A stretch of 64,000 nt of DNA from Pirellulales bacterium (GTDB taxonomy: Bacteria; Planctomycetota; Planctomycetia; Pirellulales; JAICIG01), in assembly GCA_040901675.1 (NCBI GenBank), contig JBBDYJ010000025.1:191943-255942 (forward strand), read 5' to 3'. Below the pieces are notes generated by a model, which worked only from the letters and a program-made list of their open reading frames with translations, did not search any database and was not told where the DNA came from. Shown here one piece after another: positions 38,460-48,434 of this stretch. The translations under genes and the position numbers were made by a program. Position 1 is the stretch's first letter. Each line of letters starts with the position of its first letter.

Positions 38460-38774
38460 ATGTCCGAGTTCGTCCGCGTCGCAAAGCTCTCGGAGATCCC
38501 CGATCCGGGCAAGCGACTGGTCGAGGTCGACGACCGCCTGGTGGTGTTGTTTCACGTGGGCGGCCAGGTGTGGGCCATCGACGACGTCTGCACCCACGAC
38601 GGCGGCCCTTTGAGCGAAGGCGAGCTCGTCGATCACCAGATTGCCTGCCCCCGCCACGGCGCCAAGTTCGACATCCGCGACGGCCGCGCCCTGACGATGC
38701 CCGCCACGCGGCCCACCGTCAGCCATGAAACCAAGGTCGAAGCGGGCGAGATCTTTGTTAAACTGAAAGACTAG
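38460..38774 (+). CDS. Rieske-type [2Fe-2S] ferredoxin
   Basis: CTH..CPRHG. Confidence 0.9.
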   Translation: MSEFVRVAKLSEIPDPGKRLVEVDDRLVVLFHVGGQVWAIDDVCTHDGGPLSEGELVDHQIACPRHGAKFDIRDGRALTMPATRPTVSHETKVEAGEIFVKLKD

Positions 38775-38789
38775 CAACGGAGGGCCATC

Positions 38790-39107
38790 ATGGCCATCGC
38801 TGAAGACAGCGTCCGCGAGGCGCTCAAGCAGGTGATCGACCCGGAGTTGTTCGTCAACATCATCGACCTGGGGTTGGTCTACGTGGTGTCGGTGAACGAA
38901 GGGCAGGAGGGCAAGTCGGACGTGACGATTGAGATGACGATGACCAGTCCCGCCTGTCCGGCCGGTCCGCAGTTGATTCAGAACTCCAAGGACGTCGTGG
39001 GCCGGATGGAGGGCGTCGGCCAGGTCGAAGTGAAGCTCGTCATGACGCCTCCCTGGACTCCCGACCGCATGACCGACGACGCCCGCGACCAGCTCGGCAT
39101 CTTCTAG
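38790..39107 (+). CDS. sufT: DUF59/SufT Fe-S maturation factor
   Basis: DPEL..NIIDLGLVY, TMTSPACP, PPWTPDRM. Confidence 0.9.
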   Translation: MAIAEDSVREALKQVIDPELFVNIIDLGLVYVVSVNEGQEGKSDVTIEMTMTSPACPAGPQLIQNSKDVVGRMEGVGQVEVKLVMTPPWTPDRMTDDARDQLGIF

Positions 39108-39193
39108 CGCCGCATTCTTGCCACTGAAATAGCGCATTATAGTGAGACCGCACCGATTCGGCAGGTGCCACCGGCGTAGCTGTTCAGGAGTGG

Positions 39194-40423
39194 CTATCCT
39201 TCCAGACCGCTCGCGGAGCGAGTGGACCACAGCCCCAACCAATTCCGCTCGTCGCTGTGCTTGAGAGCCTGGGCCACCGCGGCCTCGTCCATCCACTGGG
39301 AATGCGGAATCGCCTTTGCCGCCGAACTCCCCAAGAGTTGCGGGGCGTGAACTTCAAGGGCGATGTCGGCCAGCAGGTAGCCGTGGTTCATCAGCACGGC
39401 AATCTCCGCATCCGAAAAGGCGTCCATGTCCGTGCGGATCGGGGCGATGGTGCTGGTGGCTAGTTCCTTGCTGTACCCAGGAGCCGCATTGGAGCGATAC
39501 CTCTGCACGGCACTTCCGATGCCCCAGTACGTCCCTTTCCTGATCCCGTCCACGAATTGCGAGATCAACAGGCGTTTGCGAAGAGCACCGGCTTGCTTCC
39601 CGCTGACGTTGAGGTACGCCTTCGCTCGGCCAAACAATCCGTGCGGGATGGCGGCGACGAATGGTTGCCCGCCGTCTGAAACCAAAACGGTCCCGTGCTT
39701 CTCGACTGGCTGTAGGCCCAGGTTGTCGTACAGGCCGCCATCGCTGACGCTCATGCCGATCAACCGCGACCTCTTGCCGCTCCCCTTGGGCGCCTGCACG
39801 GGCGGCATCTCAATTGGAAGTGGGCTGAAGACTGGCGGGAAGCAGGAAGAAGCTGCAACCGCCCTCGCCACGGGATAGTCGGCAGGCGGCGTGAAGTACC
39901 CGGCCTGATAGCTGCCGACCCTTCGCCGCTCAAAGACCCAGGAGACGCCAAAGACCATATCGGCGGCACAAAACACAAACGTCGGTTGCTCCGGCAGATC
40001 GGATAGCTTGAGGTCCGTCAGGTGCTTGAGGTAGCAGGCTTCGAGTGCTTTCACCTGCGTACTTGGGCGAGGCCAGTTCCAGGGCAGCAAGAAGCGTTTC
40101 AGGACCGGCGTCGTCCGGATGTCGTTCTTAACGAATCGGTGGAACGGTGCTTCGACCTTCTCGCTCCAATCGGCGAAAGGCGACCCCGCTGCCGGCCAAG
40201 GGCGGACGTGCGTTGCGAGATGGGCGGCCAGGATGCTTCCACCGGAGACGGACGAGATTGTACTGACCTTGGAAAGCACGCCGAGTTCGTTCAGCCGCCG
40301 CAGGGCACCAAGATGAAACAGGGCCGCCCGAAAACCGCCACCTGACAAGCAGAGGGCCGTGCGTGGATCGGCGGTTCTGGCCTCAAGTTCCGAGGCGTCG
40401 GCGGCTTCTTCGGGGATGGACAA
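39194..40423 (-). CDS. patatin-like phospholipase
   Basis: LSGGGFRA, SSVSGGS nucleophile elbow, AASSCFP, DGGLYDNLG. Confidence 0.9.
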   Translation of the reverse strand: MSIPEEAADASELEARTADPRTALCLSGGGFRAALFHLGALRRLNELGVLSKVSTISSVSGGSILAAHLATHVRPWPAAGSPFADWSEKVEAPFHRFVKNDIRTTPVLKRFLLPWNWPRPSTQVKALEACYLKHLTDLKLSDLPEQPTFVFCAADMVFGVSWVFERRRVGSYQAGYFTPPADYPVARAVAASSCFPPVFSPLPIEMPPVQAPKGSGKRSRLIGMSVSDGGLYDNLGLQPVEKHGTVLVSDGGQPFVAAIPHGLFGRAKAYLNVSGKQAGALRKRLLISQFVDGIRKGTYWGIGSAVQRYRSNAAPGYSKELATSTIAPIRTDMDAFSDAEIAVLMNHGYLLADIALEVHAPQLLGSSAAKAIPHSQWMDEAAVAQALKHSDERNWLGLWSTRSASGLEG

Positions 40424-40455
40424 AGGATCGTTCCTTGAAGTTTATCCCCTTTTTT

Positions 40456-41214
40456 TCACGCGGCGGCGGGGGTCTTGCCGCGGACGCTGTGGGTGTAGGC
40501 GGCGATGACTTCTTTCGCGGGTCCGACCTGGCGGATCGTGCCGTGGTCGAGCCAGACCACGCGGTCGCAGAGGTTGGCCAGCGATGCCAATTCGTGGCTC
40601 ACCATCACGATGATCTTGGCCTTCGACATCATCTCACGCATCCGGCGGCGGGCCTTCTCCTGAAACGACAGGTCGCCCACCGAGAGCACCTCGTCGATCA
40701 GCAGGATCTCAGGCTCGATCGCCGTCGCTATCGAAAAGGCCAGGCGGACCGCCATCCCCGCCGAATAGTAGCGGACCGGCATGTCCAGAAAATCGCCCAG
40801 CTCGCTGAACTCGGCGATCGGCTGCACCTTGTCTTTGATGCTGCGGGGCGTCTCGCCCTGCAGGAAACTGCGGTAACCGATGTTCTCCCACCCGCTGGCA
40901 TCGTGCTCGAAACCCAACGCGATGTCGAACAGCGAGCTGATCTGCCCCTCGACGATCCGCCGGCCGCCCGTCAGCGGGTAGACCCCGGCCAACAGCTTCA
41001 AGAGCGTGCTCTTGCCGGCCCCGTTGTGGCCGATAATCCCCAGCCGGTCCCCCTCGTGGACCGACAAGTCGACATTTTCCAGCGCCTTCACCTGCATCCG
41101 CGGATTGACCGACTGCCGGTACATGCGGCGGACCAGGAACTCCTTGAACGTGATCCTGGAGCTCTTCCGCACGTCGAACGTCAGGCACACCTTTTCCAAT
41201 TCAATCCTGGCCAT
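40456..41214 (-). CDS. wzt: polysaccharide ABC exporter ATP-binding subunit
   Basis: GHNGAGKST, YSAGMAVRLAF, LIDEVLSVGD; no C-terminal carbohydrate-binding domain. Confidence 0.9.
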   Translation of the reverse strand: MARIELEKVCLTFDVRKSSRITFKEFLVRRMYRQSVNPRMQVKALENVDLSVHEGDRLGIIGHNGAGKSTLLKLLAGVYPLTGGRRIVEGQISSLFDIALGFEHDASGWENIGYRSFLQGETPRSIKDKVQPIAEFSELGDFLDMPVRYYSAGMAVRLAFSIATAIEPEILLIDEVLSVGDLSFQEKARRRMREMMSKAKIIVMVSHELASLANLCDRVVWLDHGTIRQVGPAKEVIAAYTHSVRGKTPAAA

Positions 41215-41274
41215 GCAACTGCTCCCCGGTGATTCGATTGAGTTGAGTGAGTTTCTGTTCAAGCGGCGCCGGAC

Positions 41275-42165
41275 TCAGGCTGCCCGCCGCGCCAGCCGCT
41301 TCAACCCGGCGGCCACGCGCGGAAAGCGGAGCACGACGCGGTGCAGCCCGCGGGCCACGCCCAGGCAAACCGGTCCCAGCTCTTCCAGGCTTTGCAGGCG
41401 GGCCTTCAGATCGTTGGCCGCCTGGTCGAGCTCGCCGAGCTGCCGCCGGGTCTCGGCCAGCAGGCGCTCGGACCGCTCGACCTGGTAAGAAACGAAATCG
41501 TCGAGCACGTTGGCCGGAGCGGCCAGCCGCTCGACCAGGTGGCGGTCTTCCGCCCGGATGTAGTAGCGGTTGATTCCGTCGAAAGCGGCATACAGGTAGC
41601 CGGCGGCCAGCAGGAGATGCTCCCACTCGCCGTGCGTGGCGATCGTGGTGTTGGGGCGGGTGGCTTCGACGACGACGGCCACCGGGCGCCAGCGGCGCCA
41701 GTCGCCGCCGGAAAGCACCTGGCGCTCGTGCCCCTCCACGTCGATCGAGATGAAGTCGATCGGCCCGCTCGCGTGCTGCCGGCAAACGTCGGCCAAAGTG
41801 GTGACCTCGACGGCGCGCTGGCGGCACTCAAAGCCGCGCTCGCGGCGGTGGACCTCGGCCTCGCGCGGGCAGAAAGTCGACGAGCCCGGGAAGTTGGGAA
41901 ACTCGTACAGCATCGCGGTTCCCGCCTCGTCCGACAGTGCCACGTTCAGGTTCACGTCGCGGGGTCGTGCCGCCGGGATTTTTTCGAAGATGCGTCCCGG
42001 CTCGACGTTGATTCCGCACCAGCCCCGTTCATAAAAGTAGCGCGTCACGGAGTCGTGCAGGGGATCGTTGGCGCCCACGTCGATGTAAAAGCCGCGATGC
42101 CCCGCGGCAAACAGCCGCGCCAGCAGCACGTCCTCGCGGTTCTGTGCGTAAGAGATCTGCGCCAT
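41275..42165 (-). CDS. FkbM-family methyltransferase with C-terminal coiled coil
   Basis: YIDVGAN, INVEP, IDVEGHE; heptad tail RLLAETRRQLGELDQAANDLKARL. Confidence 0.9.
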   Translation of the reverse strand: MAQISYAQNREDVLLARLFAAGHRGFYIDVGANDPLHDSVTRYFYERGWCGINVEPGRIFEKIPAARPRDVNLNVALSDEAGTAMLYEFPNFPGSSTFCPREAEVHRRERGFECRQRAVEVTTLADVCRQHASGPIDFISIDVEGHERQVLSGGDWRRWRPVAVVVEATRPNTTIATHGEWEHLLLAAGYLYAAFDGINRYYIRAEDRHLVERLAAPANVLDDFVSYQVERSERLLAETRRQLGELDQAANDLKARLQSLEELGPVCLGVARGLHRVVLRFPRVAAGLKRLARRAA

Positions 42166-42182
42166 CTAAAAAACTCCTTGTC

Positions 42183-42563
42183 TCAGGCGGCCTCGGCCGG
42201 CGGCGGATCAGCCTCGCCGCTTCGTTGCGCGGCAGGGCCGAACCCTGGTCCACCCTGGTGCCGCCGCAGCTCGTCCAGGGCCTGCTCGATAACTTCCATC
42301 CGCCGCTGGCACCGGACCAACTCACGGACCGTCGCGTCGCCCAGCAGGCCGATCTCCTGAACGTCGTGCGAGTACGTCGCCTGGGCCGCTTCGAACCCGC
42401 GGGATAGTTCTTCGGTAGTGGCCGTGAGTTGCCCGAACGGCTCCGCCAGGGCGGCCCTTACGACGCCGGCCAGGTGCCGGTCGAGCGGGCGAAGCGCCGG
42501 CCGAGCGGCCAGGACGGCCAGCTTGCGGCCCAGGGCAGCCAGGTTTTTCAGCCAGGCTTTCAT
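42183..42563 (-). CDS. small coiled-coil hypothetical protein
   Basis: ATGA overlap with the upstream GT; amphipathic N-terminus then heptads. Confidence 0.65.
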   Translation of the reverse strand: MKAWLKNLAALGRKLAVLAARPALRPLDRHLAGVVRAALAEPFGQLTATTEELSRGFEAAQATYSHDVQEIGLLGDATVRELVRCQRRMEVIEQALDELRRHQGGPGFGPAAQRSGEADPPPAEAA

Positions 42564-44314
42564 GGCCAGTCCCCTTTTTCCGAGGCGTCCAGCAGCTCGG
42601 CAAATCGCTGGGCGGCGGCGGGCCATCCCAGGTCGGAGGCGATGCAGTGCATGCGCTGGGCAAAGTGCGGATAGCGGTCCCGGCTCTCCCGGTAGTCGGC
42701 CGGATCGAGCAGGATGACTCCGCTGGCACGCTCGCAGATCCACGAGACCCGATCGCCGCCACCCGCCGGCGGATTCGATTCATGGCGCTCGCCGCTCACG
42801 TGGCCAGCGCCGTCGGCTCCTGCTGTCCGGTGAAGGACCACCAGCCCCGGCTGCCGGCCGAGGCTGTCGAGAACGAATGGCTGCCGGCAGGCGTCGTCGA
42901 CCTGGTAGAGAATGCCCTGGTATGCCAGCGCCTGGGAATAACGCGAAAAGAGCCGGTAGTCGTGGCAGGCAAAACATGGCGACGCGATGGCGACGTGCGG
43001 CACATAGCCGGGCTCGTGGAACAGGTCGATCGTGAAACGCCGCGATAGCTCTTCCAGAAGCCGCGCGGCGTAACCAGCGGCCGGCGATTGATCGGGCGGC
43101 AAGGGAGAGAACCAGGCCAGCCGCGGTTTGAGCGGCCGCCGCCTCGAGCCGAACAGGCCCCCCATGGCCGCCTGGCAGCGATCGGCCGTGTCTTCCCAGC
43201 GGAAGCGGCGGGCCGCCAGCGGCGCCTGCCTGCGCAGGCGGGCCGCCAAGGGAGCATCGTCCAGCAGGCGGGCGATTTGCCCGGCGAGGTCGGCCGGATC
43301 GTCCACGTCGGCCAGCAAGCCGGCGTCGCCCACCACCTCGATCTGCGACGAGTTGTTTCCGGCGACGACCGCGGCCCCGCAAAGCATCGCTTCGAGCACC
43401 GGCAGGCCGAATCCTTCGTACCGCGAGGGAAAGACAAAGGCCGCACAACGTCGATAGAGCGTGCGGATCGCCGCGTCGTCCAGGGTGCCGGTGAGCAGCA
43501 AGGCGCCGGCGATGCCGGCTTGCTCGGCCGACTGCACCAGCGCGGCCGTTTCCGGTTCGTTCCCGGAACAGGTGAGGACCAGTTGGTGCGACTGCCGCAG
43601 GCGGCGCGGCAGCCGTTGAAAGGCCGCGACCAGCCCCAGCACGTTCTTGCGATAGTCCAAGGCGGCCAGGCAGTAGACGAACGGCTGGCGGACGCCGAGC
43701 CGCGCGAGCAGGTCCGCGACCTCCGGCGGCGGCGGCTGGGACGGGTCGGGGCAAAAGAAATGGCTGTCGGCGGCGGCCGAGATATTGTGCACTCGGCTCG
43801 GCGGCAGGCCCAGGATCCGGCAGGCGTCGAGTCGGCTGGACTCGGAGATGGCCAGCAGCAGGTCGTATCGGCGGACTGTCTCGAGGGCCTGGTAGTAGGG
43901 CGCCGCCGCGGCCGAATCAGGCAGGTACTGCTGCTCGAACAGGCCGGGAATCACGTCGTAGAGCAGGGCGGCCAGCTTCAAGCCGTTGAGCGGTTTGGGC
44001 GGCGGCAGGTATCCGCGGACGGGTTCGAAGGCCGACGTCACCAGCAGCAGGTCGAGCTGGTCCGGGTTGTCTCTGGCCAGGCGGTCGGCCGAAGCGCGGG
44101 TTCCGCCGCCGGGCGCATCGAGTGCAATCGTCCGCCGCGCCGGTTCGCCCGGCCAGGCGTCGTCGAGCCCCGGCAGCCCCTCGTGATAGTAGAGCACGTA
44201 GTCGTTGCCGCGGTGGCGGGCGAGAAGCTGCGACACCAGGTTGCGCGTATAGCGGCCGATGCCGCGCTGCCGGCTGTCGGACTGGTTGCCGAGCATGTCG
44301 ATGCCGATTCGCAC
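42560..44314 (-). CDS. GT4 glycosyltransferase plus partial second GT domain (WbdA-like)
   Basis: RGIGRY, RKN, FPSRYEGFGLPVLEAM; second module RLAWFSPLPP. Confidence 0.9.
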   Translation of the reverse strand: MRIGIDMLGNQSDSRQRGIGRYTRNLVSQLLARHRGNDYVLYYHEGLPGLDDAWPGEPARRTIALDAPGGGTRASADRLARDNPDQLDLLLVTSAFEPVRGYLPPPKPLNGLKLAALLYDVIPGLFEQQYLPDSAAAAPYYQALETVRRYDLLLAISESSRLDACRILGLPPSRVHNISAAADSHFFCPDPSQPPPPEVADLLARLGVRQPFVYCLAALDYRKNVLGLVAAFQRLPRRLRQSHQLVLTCSGNEPETAALVQSAEQAGIAGALLLTGTLDDAAIRTLYRRCAAFVFPSRYEGFGLPVLEAMLCGAAVVAGNNSSQIEVVGDAGLLADVDDPADLAGQIARLLDDAPLAARLRRQAPLAARRFRWEDTADRCQAAMGGLFGSRRRPLKPRLAWFSPLPPDQSPAAGYAARLLEELSRRFTIDLFHEPGYVPHVAIASPCFACHDYRLFSRYSQALAYQGILYQVDDACRQPFVLDSLGRQPGLVVLHRTAGADGAGHVSGERHESNPPAGGGDRVSWICERASGVILLDPADYRESRDRYPHFAQRMHCIASDLGWPAAAQRFAELLDASEKGDWP

Positions 44315-44330
44315 GCCGTGCTCCGGTGCT

Positions 44331-45131
44331 TCAGAGATGGAAGATCAGCCGCCGCTGCAGCTTGACCAGGGTGAACAGGGCCGCGGCGGCGGCCGATAGC
44401 ACGGTGGCCAGCGCGACTGCCCAAGTGCCCGCTTGGGGGAAATGCCCGTCCAGGATGGGCTGCCGGATCAAACCCAAGATCGCGGCGACCGGGTTATATT
44501 CGACCATCCAGGCCATGCCGCGGTCGGCCAGCAGTGCCGGTGGATACATGACCGGAGTCGCATAGAACAGAAGCTGCAGGCCGATTTCCATCAAGTGCTT
44601 CATGTCGGGAAAGAACACGTTCGCGAAGCCGGCCAGCACGGCAAGAGACCAGCCCAGGACCATCAACAGCATCAGCGTGGGGACCAGGCTGACCAGCGCG
44701 TCGAGGTTGCTGAACCCTCGCATGGCCCAGGTGAGCAACAGAACGACGATCAAGGCCAGGCCGAAGTGTACCGCCCCGCCCAGCACCGTCCGCAACGGGT
44801 AGATGGCCACGGGGGCCGGGTACTGCCGGATATACGTCTCGCCCATGAAAAAGCACTCGCAGCCGTGCGTGACCGACGTGGTCAGAAAACCCCAGAAGGT
44901 CAACCCCGACAGCAGGAACGGCCCGTACTCCCGGATGTCGAGATTGAAGAGCTTGTGAAAGACCGTACACAGCACGATGGTCATGGCGATGGGGTGCAAC
45001 AGCGACCAGCCGATGCCCAGCACCGAGCGGCGATACCGCGTGCGCAGATCCATCTTGACCAGCGACATCCAGAAATAGCGGCACCGCCAGATGGCCGCCG
45101 CGTAGGCCTGCGTGCCTTCAATTGCCTTCAC
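44331..45131 (-). CDS. wzm: polysaccharide ABC exporter permease
   Basis: DLRTRYRRSVLGIGWSLLHP, FYATPVMYP, YNP; GTG 45131 overlaps the upstream stop (ATG 45164 is an alternative). Confidence 0.9.
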   Translation of the reverse strand: MKAIEGTQAYAAAIWRCRYFWMSLVKMDLRTRYRRSVLGIGWSLLHPIAMTIVLCTVFHKLFNLDIREYGPFLLSGLTFWGFLTTSVTHGCECFFMGETYIRQYPAPVAIYPLRTVLGGAVHFGLALIVVLLLTWAMRGFSNLDALVSLVPTLMLLMVLGWSLAVLAGFANVFFPDMKHLMEIGLQLLFYATPVMYPPALLADRGMAWMVEYNPVAAILGLIRQPILDGHFPQAGTWAVALATVLSAAAAALFTLVKLQRRLIFHL

Positions 45132-46582
45132 GAGACGAGTCTCCCGGTTGCATGGGGTTGCCAAGACGGGCCGCCGGCGGGAACCTGCCGGATCACTCGA
45201 AGGGCCTCGGCCAGCCGCGGCCAGACGCTATGGGCGCTGACCAGGCCCTCCATCCGCTGCCGCGCGCACTCGGCCATGGCCGTGTACCGCGGGCGATCGC
45301 CTCTGGCGACTTGATAGCTTTGGCGAATTTGCTCCGCGAGTGCCCGTGGATCGATCCGCTGCCAGCTTGTGGTGATGCGCCGCTCGGCATCCCACGGCCA
45401 ATGTGTCGGCTCCGCGCGCGAAGGGACGACGAAAGCCAGCTCATCATCAACATATTCGGCCAGGGCGGTGTGCGAGGGCGCAATGCCGGGCCGGCCTGCC
45501 GCCAGGGCATCCTGCAATGGAAGGCAAGCGCCTTCCGCCTTGGAGGCATTCAGGTAGTACGTGCTGCCGCGGACCAGCTCGACCATCTGCTGGTCGTCGA
45601 GGAAACTGGAGACGACGGCCAGCCGGCAGCGATGCCGCAGGCGCAGGCTTTGATAATGGCTGAAGAACGCCTCCAGGCCGGCGCGCGTCATCGTCTTGCT
45701 CACGGCCAGCTTGACCACCAGCATCGCATCGTCGTTGTCGGCCAGCGCGGTCAGGAAGGCCTGCGTCAGAAGCCCCCAGTTCTTGCGCAGGTCGAACGGA
45801 TTGAGGATCGTGGAATACACCACGCCTTCCAACCGCAAGGGGCCGGTCGCCTGGAAGGGCAGGCGTGTTTCGACGGCGATCGGCTGCGGTGGGCGCCCCA
45901 GCACCGCCCGGCTGGCTCCAGCCAGGCAGCGGTCGAGACGGCGGGGCAGATAAGGCCGCAAGCGGTTCTTGTACGTCCAGCGGGCACGCTCGCCAAGACC
46001 CCTGGGCGGCGGCGGCGCGGCGGCCGGGGGCAGTTCGCGCAAATGGTAGGCCGGGCAGTCGATGACCACCTGCTGGCCCGGCTGCCAATCGGGCGTATCG
46101 AAATACTGTTGGCGGGCCGGCACCGTCACGACGCGGATGGGCGTTGTCACGCCGGCGCGGACGAAGGCGTCGCGGGTGAAGCGGCAGGCCGTCAGAATCA
46201 GCGACAGGCCCCGCGAAACGCTCACCCAGTTGTTGCGAGGGTTGCCGGCCACGTCGTAGTCGGGGATGTCGGGAAACTCCCAAAAAGGAAAGGCGATGTT
46301 GATCGCGCCGGGCGCCACGTGCATGGTTTGCAGCGGCAGAAAGCTCAGGTGAGCGGCCTCGATGTTCTCGCGGCGCGCCGCCGCCAAGGCCGCTTCGAGC
46401 CGCGACTCCGGCTGGGCGATCTCGGTCAACGAGCCCCACCGCTCCAAGAGCGGGGCAAAGGCGCGGCAGACGAAAAAGTACGAATAGCAATCGTCGCCGC
46501 AGCGGTCACGCATGTCGCCGGCGCTGAACGACGAGGTGGTGAACAGCATCCGCTTCGGTCCGGAAGGTTCGGGTCGGTTCAT
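45128..46582 (-). CDS. GT-B glycosyltransferase
   Basis: FWEFPDIP, RKN, SKAEGACLPLQDALAAGRP. Confidence 0.85.
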   Translation of the reverse strand: MNRPEPSGPKRMLFTTSSFSAGDMRDRCGDDCYSYFFVCRAFAPLLERWGSLTEIAQPESRLEAALAAARRENIEAAHLSFLPLQTMHVAPGAINIAFPFWEFPDIPDYDVAGNPRNNWVSVSRGLSLILTACRFTRDAFVRAGVTTPIRVVTVPARQQYFDTPDWQPGQQVVIDCPAYHLRELPPAAAPPPPRGLGERARWTYKNRLRPYLPRRLDRCLAGASRAVLGRPPQPIAVETRLPFQATGPLRLEGVVYSTILNPFDLRKNWGLLTQAFLTALADNDDAMLVVKLAVSKTMTRAGLEAFFSHYQSLRLRHRCRLAVVSSFLDDQQMVELVRGSTYYLNASKAEGACLPLQDALAAGRPGIAPSHTALAEYVDDELAFVVPSRAEPTHWPWDAERRITTSWQRIDPRALAEQIRQSYQVARGDRPRYTAMAECARQRMEGLVSAHSVWPRLAEALRVIRQVPAGGPSWQPHATGRLVS

Positions 46583-46640
46583 ACAAGTTCCGGGATCCAA
46601 AGGATTGTCTCGCTCGATTCGGCCGCCGCACTCTTGCCCA

Positions 46641-47057
46641 TCAGCCGGTGCGCACCATCTCCGCCTCGTCGGGCCCGCCGGTCAGCGGGTCGGCCTCGGG
46701 GCGCACGCAACGCAGCGCCGGCTGGCCGCCGGCCTCGTGATCCGTGCTGCCGGCCGAGTTGAACTCCAGCCCGCCGGGCACTCCCTCGTCGGCGGGTCGG
46801 CTGAGCAGGAGAGCCGTCAATTGGTCTTCAATGACCGCCAGCCGCCGGGCCAGCGCCGATCGGTCCCAGTAGATCCCCTCCAGCTTGTCCTGCCGCTCGT
46901 TGAGCGCGCGCACCTGCAGGGCAAGCTGCTCGACCGGCTGGATGTCCGATGCGAACCGCTGGCTGATGCGGCGGATCAGCCACCCCAGCAGGGGATAAAT
47001 CAGTGCCTTGACGGGCCTCGTGCACAACTGGGCCAGGGCTCGGATCACGGCGGACAT
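46641..47057 (-). CDS. small coiled-coil hypothetical protein
   Basis: amphipathic N-terminus then VEQLALQVRALNERQDKL..LAVIEDQL. Confidence 0.6.
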   Translation of the reverse strand: MSAVIRALAQLCTRPVKALIYPLLGWLIRRISQRFASDIQPVEQLALQVRALNERQDKLEGIYWDRSALARRLAVIEDQLTALLLSRPADEGVPGGLEFNSAGSTDHEAGGQPALRCVRPEADPLTGGPDEAEMVRTG

Positions 47058-47144
47058 GATGGGTTCAGCCAGGGGTCTTCATTCTTGTTGTTCTTACGGC
47101 AACTCTCGGTTGTCGCGTGGCAGTCCTCGCCAGGCCGCAGGCGG

Positions 47145-48434
47145 TCAGGCGGCCTTGAGCAAGCGGTCGTCCTCTTGCACGATGGCTTGGGTCAACTTTT
47201 CCGCCAGCAGGGCCAGGCGATAGACGTTGCCGGCCGGCGCGGCGGCAACGCGAGGCTGCCGGGCGGCCTCGGCCAGCACTTCTTCGATCCGCTCGGCCAG
47301 CTTATCGAGATGAAAATCGCGCCAGATCACGGCGGCGGCGCGGCGGCCGATGGCGGCCAGGTTGATACGGCCCTCAAGCACCTGCTGGAATGCGTCGGCC
47401 AAGGCGTTGCTGGTTCGCGGCACTTTGAGGCAGTGTACGCCGCCGACAAACCATTCGCCGATGCCGCAGTTCTCGGACATCAGCATCACGCACTCGTAGG
47501 CCGCGGCTTCCAAGGGAGCGCACCCGAACGGCTCGCGCCGCCAGGTGGGAAAGGCGAACAGGTCGTACTCGTGGCGGCGATAGCGGGCCACCAGTTCCGC
47601 CTGGGGGCAAAGGCCTTTAAACGTGACCAGATCGCCGACCCCCTCGGCTTCGGCCAGCCGGGGCAGCACCGAGCTGTCGAGCCTTCCGAACAGATCAATC
47701 GAAAACGCCTCGAAGCCGCGCTTGCGCAGCAAGGCGGCCGCCTCGATCAACAGGTCGATTCCCTTGTGGGACCCCATCTGGCCGGCCGAGACGATCCGCA
47801 AGGGCCGCCCCGGCGCGAAGTAGTCGGCCCGCGGCGGTGGGCGGCGTCCCTCGATCCAATTGGGCGCGATTTCGATGTGACCGTTGAGCCGCAGTCCCGC
47901 CTCCTCGATCTCCTCGACCACGCGCCGGCTGACCGGCATGTAAACCCCTTGCACGTGGCGATTGAAGGCTTCGGCCAGCGCGGCCGGCACCCCCTCGCCC
48001 CGGCTGCACAACAGGCGTGGCACGCAGTCGCCCAGGTACCAGACCCAGGGAAAAGAAAGCTGCTGGAGGCAGCCGATCAGGCCCAGCCCGCCCAGGCCGA
48101 CCAGGTTCCACAGATAGACGACGTCGGGGCGGAAAGTCTCGATGGCCGAGGTGAGCAGGTACACGTTGTGCGCGTTGACGAAGTTGGCCTCGGCTTCCCA
48201 CAGGCGGCGCGTCACTAGCCGGCTGTTGGCCTGGGCATAGGCATCGTAGCAGTTGGCCAGCTTGAAGACCCGGGCCACGTGAGGTCGTGCCGGACACGGG
48301 ACGCGCGGCGCAGAGGTCAGGACATGAACGTCGTGCCCGCGTGCCAACAGGGCATCGACCACCTGGGCGCAGCACAGCTCGTAGCCGCCAATGAAATCCG
48401 GGGGATAGAGATTGCTGACGACCAGGATCCTCAC
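47145..48434 (-). CDS. GT4 glycosyltransferase
   Basis: MRILVVSNLYPP..GGYE, HKG, EPFGCAPLEA. Confidence 0.9.
   Translation of the reverse strand: MRILVVSNLYPPDFIGGYELCCAQVVDALLARGHDVHVLTSAPRVPCPARPHVARVFKLANCYDAYAQANSRLVTRRLWEAEANFVNAHNVYLLTSAIETFRPDVVYLWNLVGLGGLGLIGCLQQLSFPWVWYLGDCVPRLLCSRGEGVPAALAEAFNRHVQGVYMPVSRRVVEEIEEAGLRLNGHIEIAPNWIEGRRPPPRADYFAPGRPLRIVSAGQMGSHKGIDLLIEAAALLRKRGFEAFSIDLFGRLDSSVLPRLAEAEGVGDLVTFKGLCPQAELVARYRRHEYDLFAFPTWRREPFGCAPLEAAAYECVMLMSENCGIGEWFVGGVHCLKVPRTSNALADAFQQVLEGRINLAAIGRRAAAVIWRDFHLDKLAERIEEVLAEAARQPRVAAAPAGNVYRLALLAEKLTQAIVQEDDRLLKAA

Noticed and set aside
35429..38512. 1027-aa minus-strand ORF, and the many other long overlapping ORFs in the track
   Set aside because: Antisense or frame shadows of well-supported genes (here sufB/sufD), expected at high GC; no recognisable motifs
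39194..40423. CBASS-type defence system
   Set aside because: Patatin stands alone, with no CD-NTase or ancillary genes nearby
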